NCBI GenBank assembly: GCA_002189035.1
Contig: NEEC01000004.1
Location: forward strand, 3,224,001-3,288,000
Source: Utricularia gibba
Taxonomy: Eukaryota; Plantae; Magnoliophyta
DNA length: 64,000 bases
Direction of reading: 5' to 3'
Shown: one piece after another, positions 24,412 to 38,500 of the stretch
How positions within the stretch are numbered: the first letter of the stretch is position 1
Layout: each line of letters starts with the position of its first letter
Program-made: the position numbers and the translations under genes
Notes under the pieces: model-generated
Databases searched by the model: none
The model's input: only the letters and a program-made list of their open reading frames with translations
Told to the model about the DNA's origin: nothing

Positions 24412-24710
24412 TAGTAGTGCAAATGAGTTGAGCCAGCTCACGAGTTTTTTTCGACCTCAGCTCAAGCTCGACTACAGCTCAACTCGATCGAACTCGAGCC
24501 AACTGCGAGCTGAGCTCGAGCTTAGTATTCCAAAGCTTGAGGTTGGAGGAAGCACATTTTTGGGTTCGAGGCATATTTTTGGACTTGAATCGAGCCTAAG
24601 CTCAAGCCAAGTTTTCCCGAGCTCGAGCCTACGCCTAAAAATGTTCGATCCAGCTTAAGCTCAAGCTTGAAAATTTCCAAAAAGCTCGGCTCGACTTGTT
24701 TGTACCTCTA
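24412..24710. mobile_element. hAT-type MITE (GAGCTCGAGC-rich)
   Basis: Imperfect TIRs TAGTAGTGCAAATGAGTTGAGCC / GGCTCGACTTGTTTGTACCTCTA, many AGCTCG subterminal motifs, 8-bp TSD TTTTATGT / TTTTATGC (7/8 match). Confidence 0.8.
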
Positions 24711-25329
24711 TTTTATGCCAATGTTGGAGAATAATGTACCCAAATGTTAAAACCATTATTGCTTCCACTTCCAAAAGGGAAATTGAATGATGGAACCATT
24801 ATGTAATAATTTGACTTTAATATTATCAATCTTGTTTTTTTTTAAATGAAAAATATGGTCTCAAAAATTACTTTCTACGAATAATCAAACTTTTAGATTT
24901 TTTTTAAACAAAGACACTTACTCAAATCTTTTAAATTTTTTTATTCATTCAACTACTCAAGTTGTTTTTTAAGAACAAGCTTTGGAAGATTCATCTTTCA
25001 TCTTTCATCTCCTTCCATGTTTAACGTTTTTTTTTCTAATAATGATAAGCAAAAATATTCATATCATTTTAAAAATAAAATTTTTATATTAAATAAATTT
25101 ATAATTGCAATTTTATGTTATATGCAAATCAAATAAGTTACATAATGGTTTTAAGATTGAATTCAAAAAACGTCACCTATGGTGTGGTAGATTCATATAT
25201 TTTTGAATATTTATGTTATCCTAAAAAGATTAATTTCTTAATTATCTTTACTTCTAACCCTAGAAAATGGTGCAAGTCATCTAATTCTTTCATATGAAAT
25301 CTAAAAGAGAGATTTTATTAATATGTTGA

Positions 25330-27410
25330 ATTTCTTTAATGAAATCTTTAATTAGAATTAGATCATCTTTTCCTCCATTGTTTTATTCCATACTTCTTTC
25401 TCAACTTCTTCATAGGTGGGCTCATGTACTTTTTCAAGTATTGCAATATTTGCATAATTCGGATTTGGTCTTCCTCTTGTAGATCGACACTAGGGTGGAG
25501 AGAGTTCTTTCAAGTTTTTTAACCATTGAGAATTTTTTTCTTGATGATGAACTTCTATTTGCCATAGAGTTTTCACATTGGAGGGATATTTCTTCTTTTC
25601 TCCACTCACGTTGACATTCTTCATGAGATGAGTCTTCGAGGATGGATTCTTTTAAATCAGTCTCACTTTGATCTATCTCCACTTGAGTCATGTCTTTGGA
25701 TGACTACCATATTGATGTTTCATCAAATACCACATTTTTTTATGTATAGATCATTGGTTAGATCATAGCATCACTAGCTTTTTCGTTCTTCATCATAACC
25801 AAGAAATAAGTCTTATATTGCTTTCTTGTCAATTTTTTTTTAAAAAATGATCAGAAACAAAGACATAACACACACATCCAAATGTTTTAAAGTGTCCAAT
25901 TGTGCGTTTTATTTTCCAAAATTTCTGAAATAGTAAGACAAAACCTAACTTATCTTGCGGTAGACGATTAATAATATGAGTTGATATTTTGATAACTTCA
26001 ATCCAAAAGTGTCTAAACATATTCATAGCATGGAGGATACTTCGATACACCTCAACAATATGTCAATTTTTTGTTTCTGTTATTCTATTCTATTGTGGAA
26101 TGTTGGCATAGGTCAATTGTCTTTGAATCATATGTCTTATTCGATACATGGAGAGCACATGAGAGTGATATTCTATGTCATTATTAGTATGAAAAAAATT
26201 CTTTTATTGAAGTAACTCTCAGCCTTCTCTCTAAATTCATTGAACTTAGCAAATGTCATTAATTTTTCCTTCATAAAATCTACCCATAAGTACCTTGAAA
26301 AATCACCGATGAACGTTACCATATATTTTATCGCAATCATTGCTGGTTTGATAAGTCTAAAGATGTTAGAATATACAAGTTCCAATGGTTCCTTGACTTG
26401 ATGAGCTTTCTCAAATTGACATCCTACACACACCGTGTTAGTTGGAATAATTATCTCATGCAATTACTTCACCATTGATTTCTCTACCATTACTTTGAGC
26501 TTATGACGTCTCATATGAACTAGTCATGCATGCGAGAGAGTGGAAGTCTGATTTTTTCAAGTCTTATTCACATAAGTTGATTATATTGACATCACATAGA
26601 TAGACTCTATTTTTTTCCTTCCACAATAGATGTGCTTATTATTTTTTGGTTTTGGTATACTTCAATCTTATGAGTTTCAAACACAACATAATTGCCTTGA
26701 TCCATTACTTGGAAAACAGATAGTAAATTCTTTTTTTTCTAGGAATATGATAGACTTTCTATAAATCAAAATCATTAGAACCAAAGTAAGGATTGATGAA
26801 TGCCTTGTCGATATTATCAATTAGCATATTGAAATCATTGGCAATTATGATTACTTAATTTCCTTTATATTTCTCAATATTCTTCAGCTTATTGATATTT
26901 TTAAACATGTGGTTAGAGCATTCAAAATCAAGAATCCAATCCTCATAATTTATTTTTCATAATGATTTTGTTGTATTAGTAGGTACATCTTCCTTATTTT
27001 CTTTTGGTTCAATTTCTTCAATAATTGCAATTGTGTATGTGGCAGTAGCATTTCATTCTTCTTCACCGCTCTTTTATTCTCAACTTCTTATTTTAGAGGT
27101 TGTAGTATCTGCTCTTTATCTACAAATAAAGAGTATTTATTTGTTTTCATGTTTTTTCTAAATTGTAAGCTCTTTCTGAAATATCATCTTTCTTCTTTCT
27201 CTTTTGACACATAGATTTGCTTCTAAAATTTTTTGTGTGCATTTGGCTAGAGTGACTTACCTTGTAGAATATTGAACATCACCTATTCTTTTTTATGTTT
27301 CATAGAAACTCCAACTATATGTGCTGTAAGAACTTCTTCATTGAAGCATATTTTCCAATTCTAGAAGCATTAATTAAGTTGGCCATCCTTCAACAATTGT
27401 TATGAAACTA
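25330..27410 (-). mobile_element. Decayed Ty1/copia fragment (gag to integrase; no RT or LTRs seen)
   Basis: Minus-strand integrase pieces CVGCQFEKAHQ..PLELVYSNIF..YMVTFIGDFSRYLWVDFMKEK (26173-26463) and RHFWIEVIKISTHIINRLP..FKTFGCVCYVFV (25829-26050). Multiple stops. Confidence 0.78.
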
Positions 27411-27489
27411 TTATGTTATGATTTTAGTCTATTTATATTTGTTATTCTCATCTATTGTCTATTAGTCATTTTTTAGAGAATATTTGAGC

Positions 27490-27604
27490 TAGGGGTGTAA
27501 TCAAGCCGAGTCGAGCTGAGCTTTCGGTGTGCTCGACTCGACTCACCCACCTTCATATCGAACTCGAGCCGAGCTCAAGCTCGGAACAAGCCTGACAACA
27601 TGTG
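27490..27604. mobile_element. Left arm of a second hAT-type GAGCTCG MITE, interrupted by the Athila-type element A
   Basis: Begins TAGGGGTGTAATCAAGCCGAGTCGAGC, the same motif family as the 24412 MITE, and ends abruptly at the LTR terminus TGTTGCGTG. Confidence 0.65.
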
Positions 27605-28911
27605 TGTTGCGTGTCGTTTCCTCAACAAATTTTAAATATTTTAAAACGTAAAACACTAGAAAGCGTAGTACGAGTATCGATCTCAGGGAGTTGTTTTTCG
27701 TGAAAAGTGTTTGCAAGCAACTTCTACAAAATGTCACGTTTGTAAAAGGGGGTTTTTAAGATGCAGAAATGAAAGATACAACTTAAGTAATGGGCCTTGA
27801 CTACGGGACGCAGTTCCTGGGAATAAGACTCCATCTCCTTCTTTTGTCCGTCCTTGCCTTGGTTTTCACAGATTTCTTCTGAATAGCTGGTTATAGGAGC
27901 AAGGAATAGCCTACTCTCCCTTACACTCTGATTGACAAGGAGGCACGGGAATAGCCTCATGTGATTCCCCCTTGGACGATTAGGAAGACAAGAGGATTGC
28001 CTTCGATTGCCTTCAAAACCAAATTGTGCGCGTGTGCCCAGCTGTTGCCAATGGCCAGTGGTAGGTCCGAGGTCACAACCTGTCCACTGTCGCGGTACCT
28101 AGGCCACAAACAATCTGCTACTTCCCTCGAACCAGCAGGGTTGGAGTTGGTGCTCTTCACCTTGATCTTCACCAAAATCCGCGAGAAGTGGCCTGCTACT
28201 CATGAACCTTGACTAAGGGTCATTACAGAAAGACTGCAACAAGACACGTGGAAGTATGTGGAATCCGAATTGAATTCAGTGAAGAACTGAGTGTATTGCT
28301 TAGTACTTAGAAGTAAACTTCATCTACTTCCTAGAAACTAAAGGTTTTTAGCCCAAAAGGGCCATAGAAACTGAAACGAAAAGGAAGCTAAGTGTTCTTC
28401 CTCCTTGAGGGGAGGAAGAACCTAAAAGTTCTAAGTACAAGATAAAATGTTCAAAAGTCCTAAACTAAGTGCTCCAAGTGGCTTTTATATGACTTCCCAC
28501 GTGCATTAACTCCTTTGGGTCCCCTTCCCATCATTCCTTTTGTCTTGCGTGCGCTAGCAACCTTTCTTTGCGTGCAAGTTTGCACCTAATAATTGCTGCA
28601 GACTCTGACATGTCGTAAGTCATGGGCCTTGACCAGTGTCAGTCTTCTGCCCACAATCATTCCAACTCGCGTACAAGGCACGAAAACTCAGAGTCTGACC
28701 ACTTGCAATACTCCTGCAACACTCCTGACAGTCTCCTGACATGCCTCGGTCAAAGTGTGAGAAAAAAAAACATAAAATATACACAAAATGGGAAAATAGG
28801 AATTTTCTAGTAAAAATCAAATACTTAATAGTAAGACTCCTAATTGGGCGACTTAGCACTTAATTAATACATAATAATACCTAAATAATAACTAGAAAAT
28901 GACACTTAACA
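27605..28911 (-). repeat. 3' LTR of element A (1307 bp)
   Basis: Matches 46684-47489 over ~805 bp with about 30 substitutions counted by eye (~96% identity); TG..CA termini. Confidence 0.9.
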
Positions 28912-29511
28912 TATTCCCCCACACTTAAATCATGCTTGTCCTCAAGTATGAAAATTATAGCAGTCCACGAAAAAGGGCAGAACCTAAATCATGATGCATT
29001 ACTAAGGTACACTCATTCCTACAGCAGGTATTTACTCCAATTCGATTCCTATCCTTTATCAAATCAAGGCAAGCCACTCAAGTTTGCATGTATCAGAATA
29101 AGATTTAACCAATGACTATTTATACACTAACAACATCAAGTTAGAAAGAGCAAAGAACATACACTATAGTGACTCAAGACCTTTTTCTTTCTCCTTTTTT
29201 TTTTTTTTGATAGAGGTCCCCGCTTTGGGGAAGAATATTTGGATTACAAAACCTCATGTGTGGTGTTAACCACGGTTTCGCCAAACATCCTTACCTTTGG
29301 CACCGCTATTTTTTTTCTCTCTTTTTTTTTTGTCTCGGTCTGGTCACTATAGCAGCAGCAAAAACTTATTCACAACATAATATATACAAGGACTGAAAAT
29401 GTAATCATAGCCACGGTATAATCTTTCCTAAAACATGCAACAAAAGCTTGATATCTAGGAAGAAAAATAATTGGAGTATTTTCCTAGCAGCAAGGAATTC
29501 ATGAACCTAAG

Positions 29512-32500
29512 TGATAACACCATTTTTATTATGTTTTTATATATGTTTTTAAGCATGTTTTGTAGGGATAAATGTTATTTAGTGTGCTAAATTATCTTCT
29601 TTTGCGTATTTAGTCTGCTAGAATGTGTTTATTGTGAAAACAGGCTCAATTGGCAACAATTGAGCCGAAAACTCTTATATTTTGTCCAGTCTATGTTTTA
29701 AGTCTTATCAGGGTAAGAGCTAGTACTGTAGCAGCGCACTTTCCGCGTTGACAAGTCAGAAGGGACAGAAAAGTTGTGCAAAAGCCACTTTCCACCGAAA
29801 GTAGCCGCCCTTCTGAAGAGATAAGATATGGAGCAGAGATCTCCCTTCTAGAAGCCTGAGGAAAAGACGAAGCTACCCTTACTTTTGAGCTGCAAAAGGG
29901 AAAAGCAAGGGAGAGAAGAAGAAGAGTACACTGTGCACGCAGAGTGCACAGACAGCGAACAGGAGCGAGCGGGAGGGAGGAGAACGTGGTTTGTTCGGCG
30001 AAAGTCTCCGGCGAACTCCAGATCTGCGTGTCTACACCACCGTTCCGGCCAGAACTTCGATTTCCAGCAGATCTCCAGCCACAGAAGCATCCTGCAACTT
30101 TTATTTGCGCATTTTCTGCACTTCCATTTCTGCGAGAACCTGTTATCGTTACTGCTTTCGTTTCTATGCTTTCTGCTGCTTTTCGGTACCTTGCTGTGAA
30201 CGGGAAACTCGTTGTAGACCTTGCCTTAGTTTATAAACATGTTTCTGTTTAAGCTTTTCATGTTTGCCTTTAAGTTTAACGTGCTTTTACTATTCCTGCG
30301 AACCATGCTTTGTTTCTGCAAACTATTACTCTGTTTTCAAGCGTTCCAAGCTGGGTTTAAGCCTAAGGGCTCTCTTGAGTGACACAAGAGCTAGACCTTG
30401 GTGTAAAACCCAGTCAAATTACTTTTATTTTATGTTTTATGCACCTTCACGTTAATTTCAATCCCTCTTCATCCCTGCAACTTGTTTATTCCAGTAACTG
30501 TTATTTTACGTCTTACCCGCATTAGACTTAAATCCCAGAAAACCCCCTGTTTCAAGTAATTGTGTTGAACTTCAGAAAATTGCAACCATTCCCTGTGGAT
30601 TCGACCCTTGCTTGCCACGCTACATTAATTCTTGTGATTTGTGTAGTAGAATAGCTCGGTTTATAAATTTCTTTTGATGCGTTGAATGTGTTAAACCGCG
30701 ACATTTAGCAACCCATTCCAACGTTTATCAAAATGGCGCTGTTGCCGGGGAATGGTGTTTGTTAATTTTTCTGTTGTTAATGCATTTACGTTCCTTTGTA
30801 GGTCCACTTGAACCCCTTGATTTGGAGATCGAGAGGACTGAAAAATTACTAAGAAAGAAGCACAAACAAAGTCAGCAAGAGGCTAAGTTGAGAGCCAAAG
30901 AGATGGCCGACAACCCACCAAATAACCAATAGCTTGTGAATATTTTGGAGAAGACTATTGGAGAGTATGAGTCACCGGATCATACATACCGAGGGCACTG
31001 CATTACCTTTCCTACAGCAGCAATTAATTTGGAGTTGAGGCCAGGAACTCTTGGTCTGTTTCCTAAGTATTATGGGAACAAGAATGAGGATCCTCATATG
31101 CATATTGATGATTGAATTGCTGTTGGAGCTGTGCTGCGACCCAAGGACGTGACTGAGGATGATTTACTAAGAGTCTTCCAATTTACTCTTGAAGGACATG
31201 CCAAGACGTGGTTCAATACACTTGAACCTGGAAGTATTAGAAGCTGGATGGAAATGAAGAAAACATTTTTAAATCAATTTTTTCCTACCTCGAGAGCAGA
31301 TGAAATTCGAAGCAAAATTGAGAATATTTTTCAGGATTATGATGAGCCTCTACATGAGTATTGGGACAGGTTCACAACTCTTCTTTCGAGCTGTCCACAC
31401 CATGGATTCGATAGATTAAAGCAAGTGAAATGTTTTTTGAAGGGCTTGACTGCTACCCAAAGAGATAAATTGGATTCTGCTGCACATGGTAATATGAGGA
31501 CTCTTACCCCATCTGAAGGCTGGGAGAAAATTAAAGAAATGGTTGAACATTCAAGGCATTCTCAATTTCGATCCAGAGCCCAGCGACAAGTGAATGAGAT
31601 GGGAGTACTAAGAGAAGATGAAGCAGCAAGAAATGACAAGGATATTGCTGAATTGAAGGATATGGTGAAAGGATTATTTCTTGTTCATGCCAAATCCATG
31701 CCTTGTGAAGTTTGTGGTATTCTGGAACATACTCCTGACCATTGCTCCATGAAAGGAAATCTGGAAGAACCACTTGAAGGAGTGAATGCAATGGGGTACA
31801 TGAATAATAGAGCGGATTATTTCAAGCCCAAAAATGACCAGCGATTTGAGCCTATGAGGAATCATCCCAATTTTAGCTGGAGAAGCACCAATGTGGAGAA
31901 TCCACAACATTTGGGATTTAATCAACAGCAGCAACCAGCTCAAACAATTTCGTTTCAGCAAGGACATAGTGTTCAACAGGGGAATAGGTATCAAAGCAAG
32001 CCTTATCAACCCCCACATCAGAGAGTCGACCAGCCAAGCACTTCAGGTGTTAAACCACCTCCTTCCACTGAAGAAATGATGAAGATGATGCTAGAAAACA
32101 TGGCCAGACGTGATGTTGAACAAGCAAAAAGGGATGTTGAATCTGAGAAGATGATGAAGAGTCTTGAGAGGCAAATTGGCCAACTTGCTACAGAGCTCAC
32201 TGAACTGAAAGGAAACTCAGGGAAATTACCATCTCATCCCAATGCTAATCCGAAGGCCAACATTTCTGCTATAGAACTTCGTGGGGGAAAGCAGCTCCCT
32301 GACCGAAAAGCCCCTACAAGCCACAGCAAAGCAGCAGAAGGGATTCAAATTAATTTTGAGGATAAGGTGCAGCATGAAAAGGCAGCAGGGGAACCTGTTG
32401 TTGAGATCAAGAAGACACCTCCTTTTACTGGAAGATTGCAAGCTCGAGCAAGGAAAGAAGAAAAGGACTCTATCATTTCAGCCTTGGACTCTGCAATGAT

Positions 32501-35500
32501 CACCATAAAGGCTGTAGATTATTTAAGGCAAGTGCCGAAAGGGATGAAAGTATTGAAGGACTTGTGTAGTTTGAAGAGGAAAAGCAAGGATGAGGACGTG
32601 ATCAAAGTCAGTGCCCAAGTCTCCGCATACCTGACCCACCCGATGCCAGAAAAATGTTCAGACCCTGGAACATTTTTTGTTCTTATCCAGGTAGGAACTA
32701 AATTCATTAGCAGGGCAATGGCAGATCAAGGCGCTTCAATCAACATGATGCCTTATGAAGTTTACTTGGCACTTGATTTGGAACCCCTCAGGCCAACCAA
32801 CTTGAAATTACAACTTGCAACCAGATTCGTGGCCATTCTAGAGGGTATTGCTGAAGATATTCTTGTTAGAGTTTCTAACACCTGTTATCCTTGCGATTTT
32901 GTTGTTGTTAAAATGCCTCCAGCTAGGGTGAATGATAATACTTTAATTCTGGGACGCCCTTTCTTAGCTACTGCAAATGCTTAGATTGATTGTAGGAAAG
33001 GAGCCATTACTATTGGTTATGCTGATGATATTTCTATCTTTAAGACCAATGAAGCTGAAAAGTTCCCTAATGATTTTGCACCCGTGACTGGAGTTGATGT
33101 CGTTGACGAATTAGTAGAGGAAGTTTTTGATGAAGAGCAGCATGATATTCTTGAACTGTTTAGACAAGATGTTGAACTCGAAGAGGAGGAAGCTGAGCAT
33201 GTAATTCTGGAATGTTTCATTGAAGATAAAGACTTGGTGAAGCTTGGAGAGGTGACTAGTGTTGCATCACCAGAATTGAAACCCTTGCCTTCACATCTCA
33301 AGTATGCATTTATTGGTGACAATTCAAAGCCAGTGATTATTAGTGCTGATCTTTCTTGTGAAGAAGAGACGAAGTTGATGGACGTTCTCAAGGCTAACAG
33401 CAAGGCTATTGGCTGGACGCTGGATGATATAACTGGAATTAGCTCTTCTGTCACAGTGCATAGGATTTATCTTGAAGACGGAGCAAAACCGGTTAGACAA
33501 CCTCAGAGAAGGCTTAATCCGGCCCTCATGGAGGTTGTGAAGAAGGAAATCCAGAAGCTATTGAAAGCTGGAGTGATTTACTCGATTTCTGATAGTACGT
33601 GGGTAAGTCCTATCCACGTAGTCCCTAAAAAGACGGGAACTATAGTTGTCGAAGATGCTGATGGAAAGAAGGTGGCGACATGAGTTCAAAATGGTTGGAG
33701 GGTATGTATTGACTACAGAAAGCTGAACGAAGTAACAAGGAAGGATCACTACCCTCTACTCTTCGTGGACCAAATGTTGGACAGGTTAAGTGGTAAAAGT
33801 TTTTATTGCTTTCTTGATGGGTACTCAGGGTATAATCAGGTTGCTGTGGCACCAGATGATCAAGAAAAGACGACCTTTACCTGCCCTTTGGCACATATGC
33901 GTACAAGAAGATGCCATTTGGTCTCTGCAACGCCCCAGCGACGTTTCAAAGGTGTGTCACCAGCATTTTTTTGGATTATATTGATGATTTCATTGAAGTA
34001 TTCATGGATGACTTTACTGTGCATGGGACTAGGTTTGATGATTGTTTGAATCATTTAGAACTTGTTTTGAAACGTTGTGTTGAGAAAGATTTAGTTTTGA
34101 ACTCTGAAAAATGCCATTTCATGGTACGCCAAGGAATTGTACTTGGGCATGTTGTTTCTGAAGCAGGTCTTACGGTAGATCCTGCTAAGGTAAGTACTAT
34201 TTCTGGTTTACCATATCCACATGATGAAAGAGGAGTTCGTGCATTTTTAGCCCATGTTGGATTTTACAGGAGGTTTATTAAGGGATTTTCTCTAATTGCT
34301 CGACCATTGACTAACCTCTTGCAAAAAGATGTTGAGTTTATTTTTTCAGATGAATGTAAGCATGCTTTTGAAACTCTCAAGGCAGCCGTGACATCAGCTC
34401 CTATCATACAAGCACCCAACTGGAGTGAACCATTCCATGTGATGACTGATGCATCCAACTATGCAGTAGGAGCTGTGGTAGGCCAGAAACTTAATGGAAA
34501 AGACACTGTTATTAGTTATGCCTCTAAAACTTTGGATAATGCTCAAGCAAATTACACTACAACCGAGAAGGAGATGCTAGTTGTTATATTTGCCTTAGAG
34601 AAGTTCAGAAGCTATTTGTTGGGTAACAAAGTGATTGTGCATACAGACCATGCCGCCATCAAACACCTCATGTCCAAGAAGGAGACCAAACCAAGGCTTA
34701 TGAGGTGGGTCTTATTGCTGCAAGAGTTCAATTTGGAAATCAGGGATATGCCTGGGAAGCTCAATGAAGTTGCAGATCATCTTAGTAGAATCGAGCAACC
34801 CATGGATGGTGTTCCAATTGTTGAAGAATTTCCAGATGAACAACTCTGCGCAATTAAGGCTGATGCAGGTAAGACTAGTGAACCATGGTATGCTGACATA
34901 GCTATTACCTGTACACTGGAGCGATGGCGTTGGATTTAAAGAGTTATGAGAAGCTGAAGTTGAAGAGTGAGAGTAAACACTATTTCTGGGATGACCCCTA
35001 TTTGTGGAAAAATTGTGCTGATGGTGTTGTGCGACGCTGCTTGAATGAAGATGATATTCAACAAGTGTTGGCATTCTGTCATGCATCTCCTTGTGGAGGG
35101 CACCATGGTCCTAATCGTACTGCCAAGAAGGTGCTGGATTGTGGTTATTATTGGCCAACAGTTTTCAAAGATGCCAAGTCTTACTGTAAGAGCTGCGAGA
35201 ACTGCCAGAGAACAGGGAATATCTCAAACCGGCATGAAATGCCAATGCAGCCAATTGTGGTTCCAGAAGTATTCAATGTGTGGGGAATAGACTTCATGGG
35301 CCCCTTTCCAAACTCTGATGGCTATGAGTACATTCTGGTGGCAGTGGACTATGTTTCAAAGTGGATAGAGGCAATTCCCACCAAGTCACAAGATACTCAT
35401 TCAGTCATACGTTTTCTGAAGAATAACATCTTTGTGAGGTTTGGAACACCCAAAGCCTTGATCAGTGATCGTGGAAGCCATTTCTTTAACAAGGCTATGG

Positions 35501-38500
35501 AGAGATTGCTGAAAAGCTATGGAGTCTGGTACAAGCCATCTAATTCTTACCACCCTCAGACCAATGGGCAGGCAGAAGTTTCTAATCGGGAGATCAAGCA
35601 AATTCTAGAAAAGACTGTGACTTCTTCTTGCAAGGACTAGAGCTCCAAGTTGAATGACACCTTGTGGGCAATTCGCACAGCCTTCAAAACCCCCATCTGT
35701 ATGTCTCCTTTTCGTCTTGTATATGGTAAACATTGCCATTTGCCCATTGAATTAGAGCAGAAGGCAAGATGGGCGATCCAGCGAGTGAACTTGGAGATTC
35801 AAGGCAGTGGTGACTTGAGAAAGCTCCAACTTTCAGAGCTTGATGAGCTAAGACATGAGGCCTATATGAATTCTAAAATCCTCAAGGAACGCACGAAGCA
35901 GTTCCATGACCGTCAGATCTTGCGAAAGCACTTTGAACCTGGACAAAAGGTATTATTATTTCAGTCTAAACTCAAACTTCACCCAGGTAAACTGAAATCT
36001 CGTTGGGAAGGACCTTTTGTGATTAAACATGTAAATCCTAACGGTTCCATTGAGTTGTTTGATAGAGACATGCTTAGCTCATTTACTGTGAATGGTCACA
36101 TATTGAAAGTGTTCCATGAGCTCATGATTGATGAAGTGGGACACCCTGTGGATGCTGTGGCATTCATTGAAATTCCCGTCTAAGTGATTCTGCACTTAAG
36201 TCTTACCCTAAGACTTATTCTAGGGTCCTCGCTGGTAGGTAACCAGTATTTTCTACTTTTATTTCCTTTGTGCATTTTTATTTTCTTTTTGCACTTTTAG
36301 TTATGCATTCTGCTTTTGTGAGGTTGCAATCCGTTATCTTGTTGAATTTGTTTGTCCCACTATTAGTTTCTGATGCAATGGCTCATATCCTGTGTAGTTG
36401 CAACTCTTTCTTTATTTTTAGTTACACAGGCCCAGTGGGTTCAATTTAAAAAGAGTGGGAAACCCTTCTTCCCAACAACTACTTTCTCTCTTGCACGCAT
36501 TCCTTCCTTTCTCAGAACGTTGCGACTCTTCCATGGAAAACTTTCTGCTACTCCTCCTCCACCGGAGCGCTTTACCCCTGGACCCCCACTCACACCAGAC
36601 CTCATTTATGCGGATTTCCTTGAGGACCAGGAAATTTCAGAACCCCCGGTGAGGGGTAGTCTCAAGAGTGCAGCCCCTACTGCTGCTTGAAGGAAGTTCG
36701 TGAGCTGCGAGGTACGGTGGGAACTCTGAAGATGTACTTGGAAATTCTGCTTGATTTACAGACAAATGCAGGTCCTACCGCTCCTCCTAAGCCTTGATTA
36801 GACTTTTACCCTGTTTGTTTTGTATATATGAGTTTTATGTTTTATGTGTTTTAGTTTTCCTTCTTGTCTTGCATGTGTTTTGTGCTTGTTTTTCTGTTTG
36901 TTTTTGCCTTGAGTACTGCTGAGCATGTTTAGGAATTTTGGTTCATGCTGGAAATGTAATATGCCTACCCCTTCGCTTTTGTGAGGACTCAGCCCTTCTT
37001 TGTTCTTACCTGCATAAGACTTACATGAGAGTAGCTAGATTTTGTGGAAAAGTGCATGCATGCGGCCTGTGTTTTGCTCTATTTGCATTGGGACTTGTGA
37101 ATTGATTGTACGTGGCTTGCTAGTATGTGGATTTGTGGGTTGTGCTGAGTTAGATACATAGACTGTGGCTGATGCACATAAAAGCTTTTTGATGATAAAA
37201 GGCAAGCTCCAATCTAAAAAGCCGAGCTAGATAAAAAAAAAAAGAAGAAGAGAAAAGCAGAGAGGTACAAAAGGCGGGCACACCAGAAAAGCCGTGCTAT
37301 AAAAAAAAAAAAATTCTTGTAGGAAATAAGAGCTTGAGGCTTATACACTATGAACTCATCATTTTCCCTGAACATTTTTTGTGGTCTGGCCAACCACTCA
37401 AGGAGAACTAAGGATGAAAAGAGGGAGGGGAATGTGACTAAGTCATAGTGGAAGAGTTCTCAAGTTTCTATACTTTTGTTTAGTACCTCATGTGCATCAT
37501 TTTTTCACTCTCAGCCACCATTCTTATTATAAGTCGTATGTGTCTTACAAGGTACAACTCGCTAATGTCACTGTTAGTATGCCACTACCTGTTAGGATCG
37601 AGTTAGTAATAGTGCAAATGTGATTTTTGAACACTTGAAGCATGCGAGTAACCTCTACTATCTGTGCTTGAGTGAAACTATTCTTACCAGCACTTGCTAC
37701 CTTTTCTCTTCACTCCTTGCATGGACAACATGAATCGAAACCTTTTCTTTGCCTCAGCAGACTCAACCTTAGATTTTCTGTTTTACACTTGAGGATATGT
37801 CTAGAGTCGTTGTAGGATAGTGTGATAACACCATTTTTATTATGTTTTTATATATGTTTTTAAGCATGTTTTGTAGGGATAAATGTTATTTAGTGTGCTA
37901 AATTATCTTCTTTTGCGTATTTAGTCTGCTAGAATGTGTTTATTGTGACAACAGGCTCAATTGGCAACAATTGAGCCGAAAACTCTAATATTTTGTCCAG
38001 TCTATGTTTTAAGTCTTATCAGGGTAAGGGCTAGTACTGTAGCAGCGCACTTTCCGCGTTGACAAGTCAGAAGGGACAGAAAAGTTGTGCAAAAGCCACT
38101 TTCCACCGAAAGTAGCCGCCCTTCTGAAGAGATAAGATATGGAGCAGAGATCTCCCTTCTAGAAGCTTGAGGAAAAGACGAAGCTACCCTTACTTTTGAG
38201 CTGCAAAAGGGAAAAGCAAGGGAGAGAAGAAGAAGAGTACACTGTGCACGCAGAGTGCACAGACAGCGAACAGGAGCGAGCGGGAGGGAGGAGAACGTGG
38301 TTTGTTCGGCGAAAGTCTCCGGCGAACTCCAGATCTGCGTGTCTACACCACCGTTCCGGCCAGAACTTCGATTTCCAGCAGATCTCCAGCCACAGAAGCA
38401 TCCTGCAACTTTTATTTGCGCATTTTCTGCACTTCCATTTCTGCGAGAACCTGTTATCGTTACTGCTTTCGTTTCTATGCTTTCTGCTGCTTTTCGGTAC

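Noticed and set aside
24412-24710. Regularly recurring GAGCTCGAGC motifs as a CRISPR-like array
   Set aside because: The context is eukaryotic, there is no constant repeat-spacer period, and there are no cas genes. TIRs and an 8-bp TSD identify a hAT MITE.
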